A DNA stretch of 64,000 bases. Source: an uncultured Bacteroidales bacterium (GTDB lineage Bacteria; Bacteroidota; Bacteroidia; Bacteroidales; Bacteroidaceae). A program made the position numbers and the translations under genes. Under the pieces are notes generated by a model. That model made no database searches, was not told where the DNA came from, and saw nothing but the letters and a program-made list of their open reading frames with translations. Shown one piece after another: positions 37,218 to 45,869 of the stretch. Within the stretch, counting starts at the first letter, position 1. Each line of letters starts with the position of its first letter. Location of the stretch: NCBI GenBank assembly GCA_902798705.1, contig CADBXS010000004.1:1350-65349 (forward strand). The letters are read 5' to 3'.

Positions 37218-39656
37218 TTACTTCACGATGACCTTGCGAGTCGTACCGTCAGCCATCTTCAAGATGTTCACACCCTTCTCGATACGGTTCAGCTTCACAC
37301 CGTCAACACTGTAGATGCCTTCGTAAGCACCACTGGTCAGAGCATTGAGTGCATTGATAGCAGTTGCATCATCACCACCAAGGTAGAATGCCTTCACATT
37401 GCTGTCCTTTGTGAGGTAAGCACGGTATGGAGTGTTAATCGTAAATTCACCTTCTACCTTGTAGAATGCCTGCTTGCCATTCAGAGTCTGGAGAACATAA
37501 CTACCTTCAGGTACAGTTGTTTCAGCAAACACACCAGTAAGATAACCTGCTGTATAAGGTTCTGTTCCTGCCATTCCAAAATCTGATTGACTTGCATTTA
37601 CGTTTTCATCACCTGCCTGAAGGATATAAGGAGTGTTTGCTTTCAAGTCAGAAACTTCATCGAGAGTGATGGAATTACCATTGACAGCTTCGATAGTGAA
37701 ATATGTAACACCATTAATAGCGTCTGGAACGAAAGGATAGATGCGAGTTGCAAACTTATTAGCATCAATATTTGTTGTTACTTCGGCTTTAACAGCTTCA
37801 GCAACCGTGAAATCAGCATTGCCTTCCTCTGTATAGATGTTTCCACCTGCTTGTGCTGCAATAGAAGAGTTGGTTTTTGTGTTATATATGTTAAAAGCGC
37901 CTTCAGTCGTAGAAGCAACTATTCTGAAAGCCATTTTATTATCACTAATAGTGGTGCCTTGAATCTGCCAATCAGCCCAACCTGCAGCACTGCTGTTATT
38001 CGTTCCATTAGTCAAATATACAGTACCTTCAGGAAGGTCAATACTGATGTAGTAGTCGTTTGGATTCTCTGCATCACCTGCAGAAGTGAATGTGAATGCT
38101 TGTGCCAAGTAAGAAGTTGCGGCATTTTTTACATTTAAGCCATAACCTGTAGGATTATTCGCTGTTGTAGATCCAGGAGTTATAAAAATAGGATTGTCAA
38201 AATAATCATGACCACTTGTAGCGACTTTTATATAGTATTTTGTTCCTTCAGCTGGAGGATTGAGTGCTACATTCTTGTATGATGCAATAGCATCTGAAAG
38301 AGCTTCTGTAGAAGATTCCACTACATCAAGGGTTGCCTCTGCATCATCATATACTTCTTGAGCAGAACTGCGAATTGATATGAAGTCAGATGCCTCAGAA
38401 GATGGGATTTGGAATACTCCATCACCTACATTTGAAGTATTTAAGCCATTAGCTTCTGTTATCTTTTCATAAAGAATACCCTTTGCAGCAGCAATATCAT
38501 CAGCTTCTGTAAGACCACTAATATATGTCAAGTTAAAATAATCGGCTTTAAACCAAGATGAGCTTGAAACTTTGATTTCAGCTTGACCTGAGGAAATCAA
38601 AACATCATCAATTGAAACTGTTGTTCCTGTTTCTTTGTTCTCGGTTATAACAGTATTACTACCGCTTCCAAACGAAAGAGTAACTTCTTTGCCATTATCA
38701 CTGGAAACTATTGCAGAAATAGCATAATGACCTTGAGGCAAGTTATTAATTGTCTGCGTAACATAAAAATCTACAGGCGATCCATTCCATGTGTTGAAAA
38801 CATAATTACCGTTACTATTACTGAAGCCATAGCTCCCCACACTTGATGCCACTTTTGTGTCTCCAGTTGCAGCTGAATTTGCTGACCAAGCATTAAGATT
38901 TCCTGTTTCAAAAGAATAGTTAGGTACAAGTCCAGTTACGTCAGCATTTGTTGCATCGGTCATATTGTAAAGTTTGAGGTTGTCCCAAATGATGTCGGAA
39001 CGACCGCTATTCACCATGTTTTGAACCAATGAAATCGTAACACTACTCTCTTCTGTTACTTTAAAGAACACACCAAGTTTTGTCCATGGAGCAGTTTTCA
39101 TATAGGTGTCACTACCAGGGTTTGAACCATTATTCGCTATAGAATAGGCACGTTTTACAGCTGCTGTTGTACCAATTGTGGTGTCAGAAGCATCTTTAAC
39201 TGTGATTCCGATTGTAGTTCCATTTTTCCCTGCATTATTATTATTAGAATAATCTGCAGCTTTATAATAGATTTCAGCATAATATAAGCCTACAGGCAGT
39301 GCTTGAGATGTAGTTGTTTTCAATTCAGAGTTTTTATTAGCCCAACCTTGACGATTGAAATAATAATACGTACCATTTTGTGGTGTAATGGAGCCACCAT
39401 TCACGAATCCTGAAGAAGAGCCACTTGCTTCACTCTCCACTTGATAGTTACTCATTGATGGTACTTCCCATCCAAAGAGGCCATTACTTAAAGTGTTTTT
39501 AACAGTGACATCTGTAGTCCCATCTGCAGCTTTGAGTATTTCAAAGTCTGGATTAACAAGGTACGTGCTTGTCACGTCCGTTTGTGCTTGGATGTTGTTC
39601 CATCCGAGCATACCTGTGACTAAAGCCACAGCAAAAAGTAGTCCTTTTCTTTTCAT
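37218..39656 (-). CDS. Cassette cargo 1: 812-aa secreted modular protein with a T9SS C-terminal domain
   Basis: Signal peptide MKRKGLLFAVALVTGMLGWNNIQAQ. It contains CBM-like beta-sandwich modules, a FIVAR-like helical linker and a beta-trefoil-like segment. The shared pre-CTD module is KFATRIYPFVP..ANTPYIL..YVLQTLNGKQAFYKV..YRAYL. The CTD is GIYSVDGVKLNRIEKGVNILKMADGTTRKVIVK. Confidence 0.85.
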   Translation of the reverse strand: MKRKGLLFAVALVTGMLGWNNIQAQTDVTSTYLVNPDFEILKAADGTTDVTVKNTLSNGLFGWEVPSMSNYQVESEASGSSSGFVNGGSITPQNGTYYYFNRQGWANKNSELKTTTSQALPVGLYYAEIYYKAADYSNNNNAGKNGTTIGITVKDASDTTIGTTAAVKRAYSIANNGSNPGSDTYMKTAPWTKLGVFFKVTEESSVTISLVQNMVNSGRSDIIWDNLKLYNMTDATNADVTGLVPNYSFETGNLNAWSANSAATGDTKVASSVGSYGFSNSNGNYVFNTWNGSPVDFYVTQTINNLPQGHYAISAIVSSDNGKEVTLSFGSGSNTVITENKETGTTVSIDDVLISSGQAEIKVSSSSWFKADYFNLTYISGLTEADDIAAAKGILYEKITEANGLNTSNVGDGVFQIPSSEASDFISIRSSAQEVYDDAEATLDVVESSTEALSDAIASYKNVALNPPAEGTKYYIKVATSGHDYFDNPIFITPGSTTANNPTGYGLNVKNAATSYLAQAFTFTSAGDAENPNDYYISIDLPEGTVYLTNGTNNSSAAGWADWQIQGTTISDNKMAFRIVASTTEGAFNIYNTKTNSSIAAQAGGNIYTEEGNADFTVAEAVKAEVTTNIDANKFATRIYPFVPDAINGVTYFTIEAVNGNSITLDEVSDLKANTPYILQAGDENVNASQSDFGMAGTEPYTAGYLTGVFAETTVPEGSYVLQTLNGKQAFYKVEGEFTINTPYRAYLTKDSNVKAFYLGGDDATAINALNALTSGAYEGIYSVDGVKLNRIEKGVNILKMADGTTRKVIVK

Positions 39657-39799
39657 AATGTAAAAATTTGTTAGTTAAAAAAATGTCTATTAGATGCAGA
39701 GAGATTCATCGCGGGAGGAAGGTTATTCGTTATCAATAATTCATTGCTCACAATTCCCCATTCTCTACTTTCGAATCTTTCCTGTAATATATTGGTTTG

Positions 39800-39807
39800 C
39801 AAATATA
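39800..39807 (-). promoter_or_regulatory. Candidate -7 box (TATATTTG on the minus strand) for cargo 1
   Basis: A TAnnTTTG match ~145 nt upstream of the ATG. Confidence 0.4.
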
Positions 39808-39892
39808 AAACTTTTTTTTCGTTTTGACACTTTATCATAAAAAAAACAATCCAAACAAATAGAATTTCATTTCCTATTATCACAAAACGAGA

Positions 39893-39922
39893 CAAAAATA
39901 GCAGGGTACAAAAGCACCCTGC
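39893..39922 (-). terminator. Cassette terminator (GCAGGGTGCTTTTGTACCCTGC + T-rich tail on the minus strand)
   Basis: The hairpin lies ~65 nt downstream of the stop of small ORF copy 2. Confidence 0.65.
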
Positions 39923-39984
39923 CACCTTAAATTATAAAAAGAATTTAGTAAATTTTGTCTGTTTCTTTAGGAGATTTCAGTCTT

Positions 39985-40146
39985 TTACCACTGGTACTGA
40001 CCAAAGCCCTTTTCGTCCTCTTCGTAACGTTCCTTGCTCTCCGCTGGCTTAGTAGGGTCTGCAGGAGTGTCCGATGTATTCAACTGGCAAAGAGTCAGTG
40101 AAGGAACTCTCACAAGCGTCTCTGGAATCAAATATACTTTTTTCAT
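39985..40146 (-). CDS. Conserved cassette small protein, copy 2 (53 aa); not in the ORF track
   Basis: My own translation gives MKKVYLIPETLVRVPSLTLCQLNTSDTPADPTKPAESKERYEEDEKGFGQYQW, 39 nt after the stop of the 855-aa gene. Confidence 0.75.
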   Translation of the reverse strand: MKKVYLIPETLVRVPSLTLCQLNTSDTPADPTKPAESKERYEEDEKGFGQYQW

Positions 40147-40185
40147 TGTTTTCATTATTCTATTTGATAAGTTAATAATAATCGA

Positions 40186-42753
40186 TTACTTCACGATGAC
40201 CTTGCGAGTCGTACCGTCAGCCATCTTCAGGATGTTCACACCCTTCTCGATGCGGTTCAGCTTCACACCGTCAACACTGTAGATGCCTTCGTAAGCACCA
40301 CTGGTCAGAACTTCAAGCGTGTTGATAGCAGTTGCATCACCACCAAGGTAGAATGCCTTTACCTCTCCTGTCGTATTGAGATATGCACGATATGCAGGAA
40401 CTGTTATTGGATCAACAACCTTGTAGAATGCCTGCTTATCATTCTGAGTCTGGAGAACATAACCAGAAGTAATAGTATTTTCAGCAAACACACCTGTGAG
40501 CAAACCTACTGTATATTCTGCATCTACGTGGAAGTCAAAACCCTTCTGAGTGATGTCAATTTCTGCTTCAGAAGCATTCTCAAGGATATATGGAGTGTTT
40601 GCTTCAGGAGCAGAGACTTCTGTCAGAGCAAGCGCATTTCCTTCCTTAGTTTCGCAAGAGTAGAACCTAACACCATCTTTTTTCTCTGGCTTAAATGGGA
40701 AGATACGAGTAGCAAACTTACCAACTCCAAGAGTACCTGGAACATTTGCGATGATGTCTGCATTGTCAGTAAGAACTGTAGCGTCACAGAAACTTACCCA
40801 CATGTGTTCAGCAGTAGCTTTTGCTTCAACAGCCACATTCACTGTAGCAGCTTCAGTAAGTGTAAACTGCACATAGCGCCATTCGAAGCCGCGTCCAGCA
40901 TTATTGTTGGCGTAACTACCTTCAGGAGAGAAGTTAGTAGCACCACTTTTGTCAATACCACGACCTGTGTCACCACGAGGGAAGTCAGAAACAGTACCAA
41001 GCACAGTTTCTCCATTCTTCACAGTCAGGCTCAAACTTACATTATCACTGCTTGCTTGACGACCAGCCACCTTGAATACATATTTACCTGCAGGAAGTAA
41101 TAAATCCTGGTAGTATTTAATTTCCCAACCGCTACTATTCCATGCTGCACCCGATTGCTCCAAATAAGGGCGTGGCTCACCACTCCAATGCTGTTCTGTC
41201 AAAGAACCCGTTGGGCCTTCTTCTTGCCAAGTACCGAGTTCAACACCATATCCATATTCTGTAGTCACAAAATTGTATTCAGCCACCTTCAAATCTTGAA
41301 CATTTGTGTATGAATTTACAGTGGTTTCATCCATACCCAGTGCTATTGCCTTTGGTCTCTCTGCCAGCAATGCTTCGTATGCTAAAGCAGCTTCATAAGC
41401 AGCTTTCGCAGGAGCAACTTCTGTAGCTGTGCCCTCATTGTATGAAGTAAGTACATCAGCATATAATACTTGTGCTTCTGCAGATAGAGTTGCAGCCAAA
41501 GCGTTATAACCAGCTATTTCAGTATATATTTCAATGGATGCTTTGGCATCAATGATTGCAGAAGTCAATGCATTGTAGTTTGCTACAGAAGCCGTATTTT
41601 GGAAATTAGCGACAGCTGTGTTCAGTGCAGTCTCAACCTCAGCATTCATTTTGCCAGAAGGAACTTCTGCTAAAAGTGCATTGATTTCATCCTCAGGCAT
41701 TTCACCAAGATATGTAATAGTCACATTTTTGAAAGACAACCAGTTGATTTCAGCATTTTCAATCTTGAAGCCATATTCAATTGGAGTTCCTGCCACACCA
41801 TCAGCCATAGCTGTATAAGTGCCAAGGCGTCCCTTTCCGCCATTGACTGGTGCGCCAGAGCATGCGTCACTTTCTGCATCACCCACAAAGATCTTTACTC
41901 CCGTCACAGCACCACCACCCTCATTCATGGCACGTACCCATGCACTGACTTTATAGACACCTGTTTCTGTTGGAGTGTAAGAGCCTGTGATGGTAGCATC
42001 TTCTAATTTACCACCACTTGCTACCCACAACTCATGGAATCGCACCTGGAAGCGAGAACCATCTCTCTGACCTTCTGTTGACCAGAAGTTGGTATGCCAA
42101 CCTTGGGTACCGCTATATGTAAACGGATCGACACTATTGTTTGGCACAGCGAAAATATTTGTTGAATTAAGAGTAAGCTTCACGTTCCTAATCTGGCACC
42201 AATCAATCTTGCTATCATCAGTAAGCTTTTTGATACCAAACTCGTATGCCGTGTTCGCGGTCGTCACATCCAAGGTGAAAGAGACATTATGGAAGTTGGC
42301 ATCACCAGCTGCTGCTATATTGGTAATGTCAACGTCGGTTTCACCTGTCAAGAATGCAACAGCATCGCCTGCTTGAGGAAGGGTATTTGGATCAGCAGAG
42401 TTGGTGGCGTTACATGCAAATGCCTCAAAGCTTAGAGTGTAATTACCTGCAGGAAGCACCACCGTACGTCCCATCATCACACCGCTACTACCGAAACCTG
42501 GAGACCAGCTTTCGCCAATACCACCATCAGCATTTGGTGCTGCAAATGCGTGCCATCCAGATGGGAGATTTTGATTATTCCACCATCCAATACCGTCAGA
42601 CTCCTTATGGTTGCTTGAAGTATGGTTATGACCACCACCATTCACAATCCATGTAACATCACCAATATAACTTTCCGTTACATCGGTTTGAGCCCACAAG
42701 CTACTTGCCATAATCATGGCTGTAGCCAAAGTAAGTAATCTTTTTCTTTTCAT
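40186..42753 (-). CDS. Cassette cargo 2: 855-aa secreted modular protein with a T9SS C-terminal domain
   Basis: Signal peptide MKRKRLLTLATAMIMASSLWAQ. It has CBM-like modules and a long Ala-rich FIVAR-like helical region. The shared pre-CTD module is KFATRIFPFKP..ANTPYIL..YVLQTQNDKQAFYKV..YRAYL. The last ~42 codons are nearly identical at the DNA level to cargo 1. Confidence 0.85.
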   Translation of the reverse strand: MKRKRLLTLATAMIMASSLWAQTDVTESYIGDVTWIVNGGGHNHTSSNHKESDGIGWWNNQNLPSGWHAFAAPNADGGIGESWSPGFGSSGVMMGRTVVLPAGNYTLSFEAFACNATNSADPNTLPQAGDAVAFLTGETDVDITNIAAAGDANFHNVSFTLDVTTANTAYEFGIKKLTDDSKIDWCQIRNVKLTLNSTNIFAVPNNSVDPFTYSGTQGWHTNFWSTEGQRDGSRFQVRFHELWVASGGKLEDATITGSYTPTETGVYKVSAWVRAMNEGGGAVTGVKIFVGDAESDACSGAPVNGGKGRLGTYTAMADGVAGTPIEYGFKIENAEINWLSFKNVTITYLGEMPEDEINALLAEVPSGKMNAEVETALNTAVANFQNTASVANYNALTSAIIDAKASIEIYTEIAGYNALAATLSAEAQVLYADVLTSYNEGTATEVAPAKAAYEAALAYEALLAERPKAIALGMDETTVNSYTNVQDLKVAEYNFVTTEYGYGVELGTWQEEGPTGSLTEQHWSGEPRPYLEQSGAAWNSSGWEIKYYQDLLLPAGKYVFKVAGRQASSDNVSLSLTVKNGETVLGTVSDFPRGDTGRGIDKSGATNFSPEGSYANNNAGRGFEWRYVQFTLTEAATVNVAVEAKATAEHMWVSFCDATVLTDNADIIANVPGTLGVGKFATRIFPFKPEKKDGVRFYSCETKEGNALALTEVSAPEANTPYILENASEAEIDITQKGFDFHVDAEYTVGLLTGVFAENTITSGYVLQTQNDKQAFYKVVDPITVPAYRAYLNTTGEVKAFYLGGDATAINTLEVLTSGAYEGIYSVDGVKLNRIEKGVNILKMADGTTRKVIVK

Positions 42754-42863
42754 GTTGAAAAATAATTAGTTAATATTTAAGTTGATTGTAAATAATAATC
42801 GAGTGAAAATACTTTTGAACCATCTTGTAGGAAATCCACGGATAATCCATAGTTCCAAAGGTG

Positions 42864-42871
42864 CAAAGTTA
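42864..42871 (-). promoter_or_regulatory. Candidate -7 box (TAACTTTG on the minus strand) for cargo 2
   Basis: A TAnnTTTG match ~110 nt upstream of the ATG. Confidence 0.4.
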
Positions 42872-42959
42872 AGACAAAATTATTAAAACCGACATTCTTC
42901 GTGTAAAAAACTTTATATAAATAAGGTAAACCAAGAACTTTTGTCAATAAATGACTCAA

Positions 42960-43320
42960 ATTTGAACAATAGCCTCTTAAATATCTCCTAAAGAAACGTA
43001 CTAAATAGACAAAAGAGAAATTATTTAGTAAATTTAGTCTATTTGGCTACGCCGAGCTGAAGGTTCTTCAGGAGGCTTTCATTTGAAAAAATTCATGATA
43101 AATTCGTGGCAATTGGTGTTAAAAATAAAACATGAATTACCATATAATTTCCCATAAATTTTTGTCTATTTAGTCTGTTTCTACGGAGTTTTGGAGTATT
43201 GGAGTTTTATAGCCTCCTAAAGAAACGTACTAAATAGACAAAAGAAAATATAGTATATTTGGTTTATTTCTTTAGGAGACCCATTGTTTCTTTAGGAAAT
43301 TTTTTCCACCGTGAACGATT
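42960..43320. repeat. Composite word-repeat block in the divergent intergenic region
   Basis: CTCCTAAAGAAACGTACTAAATAGACAAAAG appears twice (42985-43015 and 43214-43244). Inverted TTTCTTTAGGAG words lie at ~43267 and ~43287. The block also holds GGCTACGCCGAGCTGAAGGTTC, a ~95-nt unit (ATTCATGATAAATTCGTGGCAATTGGTG..) and a TCTACGGAG word. Confidence 0.75.
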
Positions 43321-43368
43321 TTCATTAAAAAAGTACGAATTTGTTAATTACCTATATAAAAAAAGCGT

Positions 43369-43376
43369 TAAATTTG
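43369..43376 (+). promoter_or_regulatory. Candidate -7 box (TAAATTTG) for cargo 3
   Basis: A TAnnTTTG match ~150 nt upstream of the ATG at 43525. Confidence 0.4.
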
Positions 43377-43524
43377 CAGCGGAAATTATAGGTGTAAAAG
43401 GATGAATTCCCCGATGGATTCGTAAAAAACAAACCATTCCGTCTTTTCACAAACCCACCACACCTATCCCTAAACGAGATAAAAAAACTAATATTCAAAT
43501 TTTTAACTATCAAATTTTAAAATC

Positions 43525-45537
43525 ATGAAACATTTTACAAAAAAATTAGCGCTCCTCACCCTCTTAGCAGGATTGTGCGGAAGTGCATGGGCAGATACTA
43601 TCAATGCTACATTGGATCATACTGCCAGTTCATCAAGAGACGGTTCCAATAATATTACAACAACCGTTGACCAGGAAAAAGAACATTACAACAACACCAA
43701 GGCAGCTGCATGGGGTGGTTGGGCTTATGCTCAGTTCTCTTTTACTATTCCTTCTGGTCATTCTATAGCATCTGCTAAATTAACATGGGGAACAAAAATT
43801 GGTGGAAATACTAATACACGTGATAATAATATTTATTATGTAAACTCAGGAGTAGAAATAGATTATGAGTCTCTGACTTCAACTACAAATTTGAATTTAA
43901 CTGGTAGTGCTACTTACTTCACAAACGTACGACTTTATTCTGCCAACGATAATTCGTCTGTTGAAACGGATGTAACTTCAGCTGTTCAGACAATAGCCGC
44001 AACTCAGAGTTATATAATATTCGAATGGACTAACAATGCAGCAGGTGCAGATCTTTATGGAAAAATTTCTGAACATAAACCAACATTGGTAATTACTACT
44101 GTTGCTGAAACTTTATATACAGCAACTTTTTCAGAAACAACAGGTCTCACACCAACAATAGCTATTTTCAAGGATGAAGATAGAACAGAACCTATTACAA
44201 ATGGTGCGCTGAGAAATAATACAACTTATTACTACACTGCTACTTTATCTGGCTATTATGATTATAATGGCTCTTTCAAAGTGAATGGTGATAATCCTTC
44301 TGTTTCTTTTACAATGGATGCAAAATCGTTGATAACTTATAATGTTGTTGCTGTCGATGGTGAAGGAAATATATTGAGCACTCTATCTACAGGTACTGTT
44401 TATGAAGGTGAAACTGCCAACTATGGCTATTCTCAATTTATCGCAGTAGATGGTGTACTATATACTACAGCAAGACAATACTCTAATCCTTGGTGGGGCA
44501 AAAGCTTCACACCTCAAGCAGACGGTGAAACTGTAACCGTTACTTATACTCCAGAAGGTACGACGGGAGTTGTATTCTGTGAAGAAGCTGAAAACATCAG
44601 TACATTGACTACAGTGACTGGTGGAAACACAGACATCCGAGCTTCAAATCGTGCTGGCGGTTATGCAGCAAGCGATGCTCTCATCACTACACTTCCTGCA
44701 GGCAAATACAAAGTTGCAGGAGCGACATACGGTAATGAGGGAACAACTTTCACTGTGAAAGCAGGTGAAAACATCGTACTGACTATTACCACATCAGGAA
44801 ATCCTGTTCATACAGTAGGTGAAGAATTTGTTCTGACAGAAGAGACAGAAATCATTGTCCCTAAAGCTGGTAATGGAGGTAATTCTCCAAAAAGCATCGA
44901 CTACCTCTTCATTGTTAAGACTGGTGATGTAGTTTCACCTCCTGTCACTTTGAACATTGGTACTATCGGCTATGCTACATTGTACTATTCCGACCGTGCA
45001 TTGGTTGTTCCAGCAGGAGTTGAGGCTTATACTTACACCGTTACTGAGGGTGGAGCTGCTTACTCTACTATATACTCCGAAGGAGAAGTGATTCCAGCAG
45101 ATGAGGCCGTTGTCATTTACAAGCAGGGAGGTGGTGATGCTATATTTGAAGTTTCGTCCGAAAATCCAACCAAGAGTAGCGACAATATGCTGAGGGGCTT
45201 TGATACGACTCATTTAACTGAAGGTGGAGATATTTTCTATGCTTTAAGCCTTAATGCATCTGGGGATGAAAACAGTATTGGTTTCTACTGGATGGAAGAA
45301 AATGGAGAAGCCTTCGAAAGTGGTGCTCACAAGGCTTATCTTGCATTGCGCAATGAAGGTGAAGTAAACGTGAAGAGCTTCTACGCCTTTGGCAATTCCA
45401 CAACAGCTATTCAGGGCATCGAAATGAATGCTTTCATGAAGGATGCAGTCATCTACAACCTCGCTGGCCAACGTGTATCTGCTCCAGTGAAGGGCAATAT
45501 GTACATTGTGAACGGCAAAAAGGTGATGATGAAGTAA
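43525..45537 (+). CDS. Cassette cargo 3: 670-aa secreted protein with a T9SS C-terminal domain
   Basis: Signal peptide MKHFTKKLALLTLLAGLCGSAWA. The divergent pre-CTD module is IGYATLYYSD..VPAGVEAYT..VIPADEAVV..NMLRG..FYALS..GFYW..AHKAYL. The CTD VIYNLAGQRVSAPVKGNMYIVNGKKVMMK is close to that of the 2359-aa protein. Confidence 0.85.
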   Translation: MKHFTKKLALLTLLAGLCGSAWADTINATLDHTASSSRDGSNNITTTVDQEKEHYNNTKAAAWGGWAYAQFSFTIPSGHSIASAKLTWGTKIGGNTNTRDNNIYYVNSGVEIDYESLTSTTNLNLTGSATYFTNVRLYSANDNSSVETDVTSAVQTIAATQSYIIFEWTNNAAGADLYGKISEHKPTLVITTVAETLYTATFSETTGLTPTIAIFKDEDRTEPITNGALRNNTTYYYTATLSGYYDYNGSFKVNGDNPSVSFTMDAKSLITYNVVAVDGEGNILSTLSTGTVYEGETANYGYSQFIAVDGVLYTTARQYSNPWWGKSFTPQADGETVTVTYTPEGTTGVVFCEEAENISTLTTVTGGNTDIRASNRAGGYAASDALITTLPAGKYKVAGATYGNEGTTFTVKAGENIVLTITTSGNPVHTVGEEFVLTEETEIIVPKAGNGGNSPKSIDYLFIVKTGDVVSPPVTLNIGTIGYATLYYSDRALVVPAGVEAYTYTVTEGGAAYSTIYSEGEVIPADEAVVIYKQGGGDAIFEVSSENPTKSSDNMLRGFDTTHLTEGGDIFYALSLNASGDENSIGFYWMEENGEAFESGAHKAYLALRNEGEVNVKSFYAFGNSTTAIQGIEMNAFMKDAVIYNLAGQRVSAPVKGNMYIVNGKKVMMK

Positions 45538-45586
45538 TCACTTGAAGAATTTATTTATTAATCATAAAAAAACAGACATGAAAATC

Positions 45587-45751
45587 ATGAAAAGATACGA
45601 AGCTCCAGAAATGAAAATGCGTCAGATATCATTGGCAAGCATAATGCAGCAATCTCCATTAGACATTCATGATGAAATTGGTGGTGGCCAGCTTACGAAG
45701 GAGCGTGATGACGCTGAAGCTGAAGGCTGGAACGAGAATGGCCTCTGGTGA
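45587..45751 (+). CDS. Conserved cassette small protein, divergent copy 3 (54 aa)
   Basis: MKRYEAPEMKMRQISLASIMQQSPLDIHDEIGGGQLTKERDDAEAEGWNENGLW. It has the same position, size and MK+/Y/PE/SL/KER/acidic/terminal-W pattern as the other four. The ORF track extends the start to 45542. Confidence 0.6.
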   Translation: MKRYEAPEMKMRQISLASIMQQSPLDIHDEIGGGQLTKERDDAEAEGWNENGLW

Positions 45752-45783
45752 TTTAGAGCAGGTTCTTTATATATAATTAAGGC

Positions 45784-45814
45784 AGCAGGGTGCGTAAGTG
45801 CCCTGCTTTTTTTT
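45784..45814 (+). terminator. Cassette terminator (GCAGGGTGCGTAAGTGCCCTGC + T8)
   Basis: A hairpin plus T-run ~30 nt after the stop of small ORF copy 3. Confidence 0.75.
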
Positions 45815-45818
45815 GAAA

Positions 45819-45857
45819 GCCTCACCCCCAGCCCCTCTCCAAAGGGCGAGGGGAGTA
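45819..45857. repeat. REP-like palindromic element, copy 4 (inverted orientation)
   Basis: GCCTCACCCCCAGCCCCTCTCCAAAGGGCGAGGGGAGTA. Confidence 0.75.
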
Positions 45858-45869
45858 GAATGAGTAATG

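Noticed and set aside
42985-43278. Inverted CTCCTAAAGAAA / TTTCTTTAGGAG words flank ~290 bp between the divergent cassettes. This could be an invertible promoter (phase-variation switch).
   Set aside because: No TAnnTTTG box lies inside the flanked segment in either orientation. No recombinase gene is in the window. The same word occurs at many other sites as part of the general repeat vocabulary.
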